Shown piece by piece: positions 55,927-64,000 of a stretch of 64,000 nt of DNA. The notes below the pieces were generated by a model. The model saw only the letters and a list, made by a program, of their open reading frames with translations, had not been told where the DNA came from and searched no databases. The DNA comes from an uncultured virus (IMG/VR IMGVR_UViG_3300017782_006724) (Duplodnaviria; Heunggongvirae; Uroviricota; Caudoviricetes), in the IMG/VR virus record IMGVR_UViG_3300017782_006724, one strand, 5' to 3'. The stretch's first letter is position 1, and every line of letters begins with the position of its first letter. A program made the position numbers and the translations under genes.

Positions 55927-56168
55927 CAATTGAACAACAGTTTTTGACCAAAACAAAATTTGCCAAACTTATTGAAGAGACGGTAAACGAATTAAAGATT
56001 CCTTACATGGAGGCTATAATCCATGTGTGTGAAAAAAATAGCATCGAACCAGAAGATGTTAAAAAATTTATCTCTCCAGTTATTAGGGATAAAGTGGAAG
56101 TAGAGGCTATGGATCTAAATTTATTGGACTTACCAAAAAAGAATAATTTAGACTCAGCCTTTGCTTAA
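55923..56168 (+). CDS. gp33: Late transcription coactivator gp33
   Basis: F...IE.....YMEAI..CE.N.IE.E.V.K.IS..I..K.E.EA..LN; adjacent to gp32. Confidence 0.85.
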   Translation: MTIEQQFLTKTKFAKLIEETVNELKIPYMEAIIHVCEKNSIEPEDVKKFISPVIRDKVEVEAMDLNLLDLPKKNNLDSAFA

Positions 56169-56248
56169 AAGTATGATATATACTATAGGTAATTTAAAAG
56201 TTGCCTATTATATTTCAGTTAATATTACAGTAAAATAAGGACGATACA

Positions 56249-57142
56249 ATGTCATTTCAAAATCTAAAAAGAAACCGAGATCAAATCTCAAAACTTATTC
56301 AAGCCGCAGAAGCCACAGGTGGTGGCGGTGAGAAAAAATCCTACCAAGATGATCGATTCTGGAAACCAACGGTTGATAAAGCAGGGAACGGTTATGCCAT
56401 TCTCAGATTTTTACCTGCAGCAGAAGGTCAGGAATTACCATGGGTCAGATACTGGGACCATGGTTTTAAAGGACCTACTGGTTTGTGGTATATCGAGAAC
56501 TCACTTACTTCTATTGGACAAACTGATCCAGTTGGCGAACTCAACTCTCGTTTGTGGAATACAGGTAATGATTCCGATAAGGAAACGGCTCGTAACCAGA
56601 AACGTAGACTGCACTATGTAGTTAATGTTTTGGTTGTTCAAGATCCATCTAATCCATCTACTGAAGGTAAAGTGTACCTTTATAAATTTGGTAAAAAAAT
56701 CTTTGATAAAATCATGGATATTATGCAACCAAGTTTCCAAGATGAGAAACCAGTTAACCCATTTGATTTTTGGGAAGGTGCAGACTTTAAATTAAAGATT
56801 AGGCAGGTTGAGGGTTATCGTAACTATGATAAATCTGAATTTGCTGGACCAACTGCTCTTTTTGAAAGCGATGAGGAAAAGTTGGAACAGGTCTATAATA
56901 AAGTTCACGACCTAGGTGAATTTACTGAACCTAAAAACTACAAAACCTATGATGAGTTAAAAACTAAACTTGCCAGGGTTTTAGGTGAGGAGGCAAATGC
57001 CGGAGCACCCAATGTGGTTGAGATGAATCAGGTTAATGAACCGGCTTCTCAATACGAACCAGTGACTGCTGAAACTGCAGCGGTATCGGAATCAGATGAA
57101 GATACTATGTCTTATTTTGCCAGATTGGCAAATGAGGGCTAA
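56249..57142 (+). CDS. gp32: ssDNA-binding protein gp32
   Basis: DDRFWKP..DKAGNGYA..RFLP, WYIENS, YKFGKKIFDKI, NYDKSEF, acidic tail. Confidence 0.97.
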   Translation: MSFQNLKRNRDQISKLIQAAEATGGGGEKKSYQDDRFWKPTVDKAGNGYAILRFLPAAEGQELPWVRYWDHGFKGPTGLWYIENSLTSIGQTDPVGELNSRLWNTGNDSDKETARNQKRRLHYVVNVLVVQDPSNPSTEGKVYLYKFGKKIFDKIMDIMQPSFQDEKPVNPFDFWEGADFKLKIRQVEGYRNYDKSEFAGPTALFESDEEKLEQVYNKVHDLGEFTEPKNYKTYDELKTKLARVLGEEANAGAPNVVEMNQVNEPASQYEPVTAETAAVSESDEDTMSYFARLANEG

Positions 57143-57348
57143 TATAAACTCTTCGTATTGGAACTAATCCAAGCGGGTTTACAATATGCGGTAACTGTAT
57201 GATTTTTAGGTAAATTATAATAGTTACCGTATTTTTTTACAACCCTTTTTGCAAAGTAATTGCAATCATTTATATTTCTAAAATACATAGGGTTGGTTCT
57301 ATCTTGTATATCTCCTAGTAATATTACTAAGAGAAATGCATGTATCAT
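57139..57348 (-). CDS. Small hypothetical protein
   Basis: MIHAFLL...YF..IN.CNYFA...AYCKP. Confidence 0.6.
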   Translation of the reverse strand: MIHAFLLVILLGDIQDRTNPMYFRNINDCNYFAKRVVKKYGNYYNLPKNHTVTAYCKPAWISSNTKSLY

Positions 57349-58970
57349 TAGAAACCTAATCCTTGTTTATGCCTAGTCATAGGATCCTGAGCATCATTTG
57401 TTTTTACATTACCTATTATTATAGGATTAGATGAGGACGATGAGCTACTAACAGAATTATCCACCACATTAACGGATGAACTTGGCGCGCGTTTACCACC
57501 TCCTGTATCAATAAATTCTCCACTACCTCTACTATTGAGAGATGCTGATGGGTCAATTTTTTTAATTAGTTCACCTGTGTCTTTATCAATGCCGGCATAT
57601 TGGTATACTGAATTAGGTATAGCCTTTGACACTAAATTTGCAGGATCATACCAATTACCATTCGGATCCGGAGTTGGTAATATTGAACGTAATACTGATT
57701 TTAAAAAGTCATTGACCATATCTGCAGCACCGGTTATGGTACTGCCAAGTGTTCCGGCCGGGTCATTAAATAAGTTTTTAAAGAAGTTTTTAATTCCTTC
57801 CCATGCTGGTTCAACTAATTCTGATAAACTAAATTCTCTTAAATTATCTGCCAATCCTTGAAAACCTAATTTTTCCATAATCCATGCAGGTAATTTAATA
57901 AGGATTAGATCAATGGCATCAGTAAATCCTTTAATGACTCCTACTATACCACCCTCGATACCTGCTGTTAATTTTTGAAAAAAGTCTCCACCCTCACTGG
58001 TAAACCCTTTATAAAACCCTACAACAAAATCAACTAGTGATAATAATATTTGAGTAAATGGTCTTAAAGCAGTTTTTAAAATAAATTCAAAAGGTTTCAT
58101 CAATGGTTTTAAAAAATTAAAAATACTACCAAAAAAACCCATTAAACCAGTAGCATCGTCAACACTACCTATTGCTGCTTTTAAGGCTCCAAAGTCAATT
58201 CTAGGAATAAATTTACCTACGTCCAATATACCATTAAAAAAACCTCTTATTGCTTTCATAGGTCCGCCTTCACTTGCGGCTGTAAAAAAAGTTTTAAAGG
58301 GTTTTGCTGCATCATCAAAAAAGGTTGTAATTGGCTTTACCAAATCATCAAAAAAGGTTGTGATTGGTTTTATGGCATTGGCCAATGCCTTTTGTGGATT
58401 ATAAAGGGCTTTCATAGCATCACTAGTTGCTGCAACTGGTTTACCATCAACTCCTAATCCAAATATTTTATAAATCCTTTGTCCAAGAGCTTTCACACCT
58501 TCCTCAGGTAAGAATATAATTCTTGATAAATTTTTACCAAAATCACCAAATTTACCTGCAATGCGTTTTACACTACCTAAAAAGTCTCCAGCTCCTTTTC
58601 CTAAAATTCCAAAACCTGTTACCAATCTTTTACCAAGTTGTGCCAAGCCTACAGCACGAATAGCATCGTCTACGCCTGTAAGACTTGCACCGATCGCGGT
58701 AACTGCAGATGCCAAACCACCTAAACCTAATATTGGTGGTAACATAGAGGAATCACTTGATCTAGCAGTAGCAGGTGGAGCAACTACTGGGACAGAACTT
58801 TTTTCCCTCATTTTTTCAAGCATATCAAGTTGTGATTGCTTCATTAAGGCCAATAGTTTATTAATACCTGATGCAACACCGGCAAGGCCAGCCGCCATTT
58901 TATCTTGACCTTGAGTATTTTCTTTTGCATTTAATATTAATTGTTGTTTGATTTCCTGCAAACTAGCCAC
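57348..58970 (-). CDS. Tape-measure/baseplate hub-like protein (gp29-like position)
   Basis: Long amphipathic-helical Gly/Ala-rich ORF with KPITTFFDD repeats, downstream of the gp26/gp51-like genes. Confidence 0.65.
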   Translation of the reverse strand: MASLQEIKQQLILNAKENTQGQDKMAAGLAGVASGINKLLALMKQSQLDMLEKMREKSSVPVVAPPATARSSDSSMLPPILGLGGLASAVTAIGASLTGVDDAIRAVGLAQLGKRLVTGFGILGKGAGDFLGSVKRIAGKFGDFGKNLSRIIFLPEEGVKALGQRIYKIFGLGVDGKPVAATSDAMKALYNPQKALANAIKPITTFFDDLVKPITTFFDDAAKPFKTFFTAASEGGPMKAIRGFFNGILDVGKFIPRIDFGALKAAIGSVDDATGLMGFFGSIFNFLKPLMKPFEFILKTALRPFTQILLSLVDFVVGFYKGFTSEGGDFFQKLTAGIEGGIVGVIKGFTDAIDLILIKLPAWIMEKLGFQGLADNLREFSLSELVEPAWEGIKNFFKNLFNDPAGTLGSTITGAADMVNDFLKSVLRSILPTPDPNGNWYDPANLVSKAIPNSVYQYAGIDKDTGELIKKIDPSASLNSRGSGEFIDTGGGKRAPSSSVNVVDNSVSSSSSSSNPIIIGNVKTNDAQDPMTRHKQGLGF

Positions 58971-59097
58971 GATTCTGCTCCTGCTCTTGTTTCTGTTTTT
59001 CTTCCTTCAAATAATTTAATAACATGCCTACGTATATTTCTCTTTCCCATGGAATCATTTCTTCTATCTCACGTAACGAATAATTATGATGTTGCAT
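58963..59097 (-). CDS. gp51-like baseplate hub assembly protein (frame open upstream to 59160; not in ORF track)
   Basis: LMQHHNYSL.EIE.MIPWEREIY..ML motif. Confidence 0.8.
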   Translation of the reverse strand: MQHHNYSLREIEEMIPWEREIYVGMLLNYLKEEKQKQEQEQNRG

Positions 59098-59147
59098 TAG
59101 GGAAAAATTAACTTGATAATAATTCTCTAATGATTCATGAGATAGAG

Positions 59148-59855
59148 CTATGATAAAAAACTTTCCACACCCTCCACGGTAACTTTGTTTTTATGTGAGC
59201 ATTTTGTACATTCAAAATTTACATCATGTTTTAATTTAGGTATCTGCTCAAAAAATTCTTTTATCTTTGTAAATTGGCCTGAGCTCATAGATTCTAAAAA
59301 GTCCTGTAATTCAGTTTCAGATATATCTTTTGCTAAAATTCTTTCTGATCCTGTATTAATTGATTTTATACATTTTGCAATAATTGCAAATGCTGATTCA
59401 GTATTATCCTCAATAATTGTAAGATTTTTTATATCATTAAATGTGGGCCAATCAACCTCAATGGTTATATCTTGTTCTAATTCAATTACCTTTTCAATCT
59501 CTGGTAGTGTTACCTTAATTGAATCAAGTGGAATTACTTGGTCATTTGTGGTGGAACATTCAGAACATTTTAAACCCAATTTTACCGTTTCACCTACGCT
59601 TTTTGCTCTTAATTGTAAAAAGACATATTCAATATCAAAGGTTGTTAATTTACCGGCGCTAAAATTATCATCGGTTGCACATGCATTAATTGTATCAACG
59701 AGGCCATTTAAGGCGTCGCTTTGATTGCCACTTTCCATAGCAATCATTAATGCCTTTTCTTCCTTCACTAGAAAAGGACGAAATCGTGCTTTAATTCCAT
59801 TCGATGGAATGGTCAATTCATATTTTGGGTTACTATTAAGTTTTGGTAAAGCCAT
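59148..59855 (-). CDS. gp26-like baseplate hub subunit/chaperone
   Basis: MALPKL..P.Y, RPFLVKEEK, DIEY.FL.LRAKSVGE, two CxxC. Confidence 0.88.
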   Translation of the reverse strand: MALPKLNSNPKYELTIPSNGIKARFRPFLVKEEKALMIAMESGNQSDALNGLVDTINACATDDNFSAGKLTTFDIEYVFLQLRAKSVGETVKLGLKCSECSTTNDQVIPLDSIKVTLPEIEKVIELEQDITIEVDWPTFNDIKNLTIIEDNTESAFAIIAKCIKSINTGSERILAKDISETELQDFLESMSSGQFTKIKEFFEQIPKLKHDVNFECTKCSHKNKVTVEGVESFLS

Positions 59856-59864
59856 TATTTACTC

Positions 59865-60533
59865 CTAGATATTCGCTTCAAATTGAAAACCTCCTGGAAG
59901 GTCTATATTAATTGTTTTTTGTGATGATTGTATTTCACGCCAGTTTGTGTATGCAAATTGCACACTCATCTCTAAAAATCCATCTGGTTCCTGAGTAAAC
60001 TCTGTCGCAGTTGTTGTAATTGGAAATGCCTCAAGTAGTTCTACTGAGTACACAGGTGTTTGTATTTGTACTTGTGGAAATGGAGCAAAGGATCTTGTTA
60101 TATTTCTGGTTATTGGCGATGGAGGAATACCAAGTGATGAAAGCGATAACGCCGGTGTTGCCACAGCAAGTTGATGTATCTTTACAGATTTCTTATAATC
60201 GTCCTTATAGTTGGCAGTTTGTGCTGTTTCATTAATTGTTAATGCTCTCCATGCATCAAAATATTTTTTTACTCTATAATCATTTAAAATTAAAAATGAT
60301 ATATTAATATCATCAACAACATAACCATAGGCAATCTTTTCTGATTCCATGCCTATTCTTCTTTCATGTGTTGCTATCTGTTTTGCCGGTAATGATGCAG
60401 TACGACATAGGATACTTAAATCTCTTGATGTTAATGGATTTCCTGGAATCGATGGTAATTCAACATGAAATTTATTTGGCTTTGCAAGACCACCTGCGCC
60501 TGAAATCGTACTTTTTAAAACATTAATACTCAT
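59865..60533 (-). CDS. Tail tube-like protein (gp54/gp19 family)
   Basis: GLAKPN.F.V, LC..ASLP, L.EAFP, V.F.Y..W. Confidence 0.75.
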   Translation of the reverse strand: MSINVLKSTISGAGGLAKPNKFHVELPSIPGNPLTSRDLSILCRTASLPAKQIATHERRIGMESEKIAYGYVVDDINISFLILNDYRVKKYFDAWRALTINETAQTANYKDDYKKSVKIHQLAVATPALSLSSLGIPPSPITRNITRSFAPFPQVQIQTPVYSVELLEAFPITTTATEFTQEPDGFLEMSVQFAYTNWREIQSSQKTINIDLPGGFQFEANI

Positions 60534-61084
60534 GCCATTTTCTTTCTAGAATCTTTGTATACTTTATTTGCATTTGCTTTATTCCAATCAGCCATTGGCA
60601 GAAAAGTTGCAATTTCCCATTCGGGTTCCTCAACCAAGGCAAATGCACTTTTTACATGTTTGGTTAAATAGTGTTTTCTTGCCGGTGCAAGAAATTTACT
60701 TGGAACACTACCTCGACCTAATATTGCATCAAGAGCTCTTGATCTTAAAACTGGTGGTAGGTAATGTAAATTTAATCCATAAAATCCATTTGGTGCTGGT
60801 CCAAGCATTATAATTAAAGGAAATCCATCATAATATGGCAATGTTTTTTTAAACTTAGGATCATAAAAAAACATATACATATTACCCATTGGATCCTTAT
60901 CAACTTTTTTTGTTTTTGATAATAATTCATCGTCCATAATTTTTTCACGATCTCTTATTACTCTGCCTCGAAACATCTGTCGAGCCTTATTACGAAACCA
61001 TTCGATGCTCTGCTTTGTCCGTGGTGTAATACCAGCACGAAATGCCTCGAATTCTAATTGTTTAAATAATGATTCATTTGCCAT
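60530..61084 (-). CDS. gp2: DNA end protector gp2
   Basis: MY.FFYDPK.K..LPYYD.FPL, GLNLHYLP, KHYL..HV; late promoter at 61093-61100 (minus strand). Confidence 0.9.
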   Translation of the reverse strand: MANESLFKQLEFEAFRAGITPRTKQSIEWFRNKARQMFRGRVIRDREKIMDDELLSKTKKVDKDPMGNMYMFFYDPKFKKTLPYYDGFPLIIMLGPAPNGFYGLNLHYLPPVLRSRALDAILGRGSVPSKFLAPARKHYLTKHVKSAFALVEEPEWEIATFLPMADWNKANANKVYKDSRKKMA

Positions 61085-61101
61085 AGTAGTAGTATTTATA
61101 A

Positions 61102-61605
61102 TTATTTTTTGGGTTTTTTACGGCGATAAGGAGGTAATCTTTTTAATGGTTTTTTTATTTTACCTGGTACAGGTTTTGTCATTAATCCCATTTCCTGTAA
61201 AGTTTTTTCGGTCCATATCTGAAATTCCCATTTACGATCCTTACAATAGGCTTCTGCTGCCTCCCATTTATTCATATTTTTAATATAGGTTAAACCCTCG
61301 GTAATGTATTTTTTGGTGCGTCTTGGCCCTGTTGGTGGCGATGTTTCCTTTTCCGGTTTAATTTCAATCAAAAGAATCTTATCCTCCATGATTATTTTTA
61401 GATCTGGAAAATATCTATGATACCTTTTATCTGCATCATAATAATATGGTATGATAATCTCTTCACTAGACCAACCTTTTACTTTTGGATTTACATCACA
61501 CCACATAAATGCAGATTTTTCCCACAACGAACGATATACAACATTGGCATGATTGCCTTTATATTTTTTAGGATTCTTTACTACATAATGCCCAGAATAT
61601 GCCAT
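61102..61605 (-). CDS. gp4: Head completion nuclease gp4
   Basis: NPKKYKG, YRSLWE, WSSEE..IPY, HRYFPD, EIKP, KWEAA. Confidence 0.9.
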   Translation of the reverse strand: MAYSGHYVVKNPKKYKGNHANVVYRSLWEKSAFMWCDVNPKVKGWSSEEIIIPYYYDADKRYHRYFPDLKIIMEDKILLIEIKPEKETSPPTGPRRTKKYITEGLTYIKNMNKWEAAEAYCKDRKWEFQIWTEKTLQEMGLMTKPVPGKIKKPLKRLPPYRRKKPKK

Positions 61606-61613
61606 CTTTTCAC

Positions 61614-61621
61614 TATAAATA
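61614..61621 (+). promoter_or_regulatory. T4-type late promoter TATAAATA
   Basis: Exact motif upstream of the baseplate operon. Confidence 0.75.
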
Positions 61622-61657
61622 CATTCAAAGTGTTTATATTATCTATAAGGGAATAAA

Positions 61658-62692
61658 ATGGCATTACCGGATAACAGTGGTCAAGGGCCTTACATGTATC
61701 CTATTACTAGGGATCCAGAATTTAAATCAAAAATAGTATTTCAAGCAATAAAAGTTTTACCTCCAAAATTTACGGCAAGCTTTTTTTCATCGTCAACTGC
61801 TGATGAGATAAAAGGTGGAGATAAAACACCAGAAAGAAAAGCAACAAGTGAGGAAATAAAGGTCGCATCATCTGGTATAAAAACAAGTGTAATTCGAGGA
61901 GAAAATGTTAGTCTTTATGTTCCTATTTCATTTAATGTTAATGATACTTTAAGATATACAAATGTTGAATTGGGTCTTGCCGGATCAGCTGTTGCACGGT
62001 CTGCCTCAAGAGGTGGTTCAATAGGCGCCGGTATTTTTCAAGCGTTAAAAGAAACTGGCCAATCTCTTTTTGATTTCTTTTTAGGTACCGGGGCAGCAGG
62101 TGAAACCGCAGCTGTTGCGGCTGTAAGAGGTAGTCAAATGACTCCATTACCGACCAGTATAAAAAATGCTGTTGGATTAACTGCAAGAGTTACATTAAAT
62201 CCTAATTTACGAACACAATTTCAAGGGGTTAATGTTAGGGATTTTTCATTTCAATTTAGTTTTTTTCCTAAAAATCAAGATGAATCAATTATGGTTAAAA
62301 ATATAGTTAAGTTTTTTAGATATCACGCATACCCTGAGGAACTTCTTGATGCCGGAGATTTTTCAATTGCATATAGGTATCCAAATTTATTTAGAATAAA
62401 ATTATTATCTGAAGCAAATGAAGGTCCTGTTGGACCAAGTGGACAAAAAATATTTAAAAATATAGGCACACCAATTAAAATGTCATACTTAACTGGCGTT
62501 CAAACAAGTTATAACCAAGTAAATGCCGTGTTACATCCTGATGGTTCGCCAACTCAGATTGACATAAATTTGGTATTTTCTGAATATAAGGCTCTCAGCA
62601 GAAGAGATATTCAAAATGAGGACGATGATGTTTTTTATCAGTTTGAAAATAGCACTGCAGTTGAACAGCACAAAGCACACGGTGGCACATAA
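61658..62692 (+). CDS. Baseplate tail-tube cap gp48-like
   Basis: LYVP, NPN...F.GV..R.FSF.F.F.PKN..E...I..FF..H.YP. Confidence 0.8.
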   Translation: MALPDNSGQGPYMYPITRDPEFKSKIVFQAIKVLPPKFTASFFSSSTADEIKGGDKTPERKATSEEIKVASSGIKTSVIRGENVSLYVPISFNVNDTLRYTNVELGLAGSAVARSASRGGSIGAGIFQALKETGQSLFDFFLGTGAAGETAAVAAVRGSQMTPLPTSIKNAVGLTARVTLNPNLRTQFQGVNVRDFSFQFSFFPKNQDESIMVKNIVKFFRYHAYPEELLDAGDFSIAYRYPNLFRIKLLSEANEGPVGPSGQKIFKNIGTPIKMSYLTGVQTSYNQVNAVLHPDGSPTQIDINLVFSEYKALSRRDIQNEDDDVFYQFENSTAVEQHKAHGGT

Positions 62693-63438
62693 TGAATTTT
62701 TTTAGATATTTTCCTAGAACCTTTTATAAGTTTGGTGATGAAGCAACCGATGACGTTTTTGAAAATCTTTCAATATATTCTGATGTTGTTGATCAAATAA
62801 AGGATAAGGTAACATTATATCAAGACTATAATATTTTACCTGACGAGAGACCTGATCAAGTTTCACAAAAAATATATGGAACTCCAGATTATCATTGGAC
62901 ATTTTTTCTGATGAATGATAAATTAAGAGAATCAGGTTGGCCATTATCAAATAGCGAATTATATTTGTTTGCTCAAAAGAAATATAATGTCACGGTTTTA
63001 ACCACTCGTACAAAAATATATGATAAATTTAAAATAGGCCAATCCATGTTAGGTCTTACATCTGGCGCGTCAGGAACAATTATACACAGAAATTTACAAC
63101 TTGGTCAGTTGTGGGTTAAAGGCATTCCTGATCCAGCATTTTTAAATTCTGAATTAATTTCATCAACGAATGCTGAGGGTGTTGGAGAGTTTATAATTTT
63201 AAATAATTCTGAAATACAGTATAATGCTATTCATCATTATGAAAATACAGATAAGGAATGGGTTGATATTGGTTTTGAAAATAATGATGATTATTCAGAT
63301 CCAGGTGGCTTATTAACACCAATTACGTGGTTGGATAAATTATCAGCTAAAAATAGTGATTTAAAACAAATACAAGTTATTAGACCTAATTCCATAGAAA
63401 TTGTAGCAGAATCATTTAGAACAGCCGTAGGATTGTAA
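62692..63438 (+). CDS. Baseplate wedge gp53-like
   Basis: F..FP...Y, ERPD.VS.KIYG..YHW...MN, WP, IHHYE. Confidence 0.85.
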   Translation: MNFFRYFPRTFYKFGDEATDDVFENLSIYSDVVDQIKDKVTLYQDYNILPDERPDQVSQKIYGTPDYHWTFFLMNDKLRESGWPLSNSELYLFAQKKYNVTVLTTRTKIYDKFKIGQSMLGLTSGASGTIIHRNLQLGQLWVKGIPDPAFLNSELISSTNAEGVGEFIILNNSEIQYNAIHHYENTDKEWVDIGFENNDDYSDPGGLLTPITWLDKLSAKNSDLKQIQVIRPNSIEIVAESFRTAVGL

Positions 63439-63439
63439 T

Positions 63440-64000
63440 ATGGCTGATACCAAATCTCCCGATGCAAAAACAAGTTTTAGATTTGATTCAATTTTACTTG
63501 AATCAGAAAGACTTCAGTCTCCCATAGAATGTAAAGGTATTGTCACAGATTTGGATATTTATGAACATATTGATAAACCGTACTTAACTGCAAAATTATT
63601 GTTACTTGATAGTGAAAAATTAATTGAAAATGTTGATTTTTTAGGTGGTGAAAAATTCACAATTTCAATTAAATCAAATAAACCAGGATCAAAAGTAATT
63701 GTTAATGTTTTTTATGTCACGGATGTACCAACCATAGAAAAAGTTAATAATGATATTCAAGTAGTTGGATTTCAATTGATGGAAGACTTTGCATATTTTT
63801 CAAATGTTCAAATTATAAGTAAAGCATATTCTGGTAAGATATCTGAAATTATTACAAAAATTTCAAAAAACTTTTTACAGAGCAAACCAATTAAAACTAA
63901 TAGTGCTGATAAAAATAATATAAAACTTATTATACCTAACCTTAACCCTATCCAAGCATTAATTTGGTTAAAACAAAAGGCAAAAACAATTAATGGGTAT
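63440..64000 (+). CDS. Baseplate hub/tail protein (gp27-like), runs off window end
   Basis: Open frame from ATG 63440; IYE.I.KPYLT...D...GGE, IIPNL.P..A..WL; follows gp53. Confidence 0.65.
   Translation, partial: MADTKSPDAKTSFRFDSILLESERLQSPIECKGIVTDLDIYEHIDKPYLTAKLLLLDSEKLIENVDFLGGEKFTISIKSNKPGSKVIVNVFYVTDVPTIEKVNNDIQVVGFQLMEDFAYFSNVQIISKAYSGKISEIITKISKNFLQSKPIKTNSADKNNIKLIIPNLNPIQALIWLKQKAKTINGY

Noticed and set aside
57535..60235. Plus-strand ORFs (57535, 58561, 59185, 60020) opposite the tail genes
   Set aside because: Antisense shadows of well-supported minus-strand structural genes.
1..64000. Alternative genetic code or stop-codon reassignment
   Set aside because: Core genes are full-length in the standard code and no suppressor tRNA is seen.

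Overview
AT-rich 64 kb segment of a T4-like myophage genome, probably marine. Core genes include thyX (3' end), DNA ligase, nrdA/nrdB, phoH, gp33, gp32, and the gp2/gp4/gp26/gp48/gp51/gp53/gp54-like head and baseplate genes. TATAAATA late promoters and about 17 copies of a TTTACA-N17-TATAAT early promoter cassette are present. A circularly permuted two-piece tmRNA suggests an alphaproteobacterial host. The accessory content is rich: a BMP-family nucleoside-binding protein, APRT, a half-size Na+/Pi cotransporter, a desaturase/2OG-Fe(II) dioxygenase island, an 11-gene glycosyl/methyltransferase island and a run of putative capsid-packaged proteins. The most striking features are (1) an anticodon-domain-less class IIb (AsnRS-like) synthetase followed 4 nt later by an atypical long-variable-arm tRNA with an Asn GUU anticodon, (2) a permuted tmRNA abutting a glutamine (glnA-motif) riboswitch upstream of an unknown ORF, (3) a hairpin RNA whose loop is antisense to the conserved early-mRNA leader/RBS, and (4) a probable -1 frameshift joining the gp26-like and gp51-like ORFs upstream of the tape-measure-like gene. 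All family assignments come from reading motifs by eye; no database searches were run.
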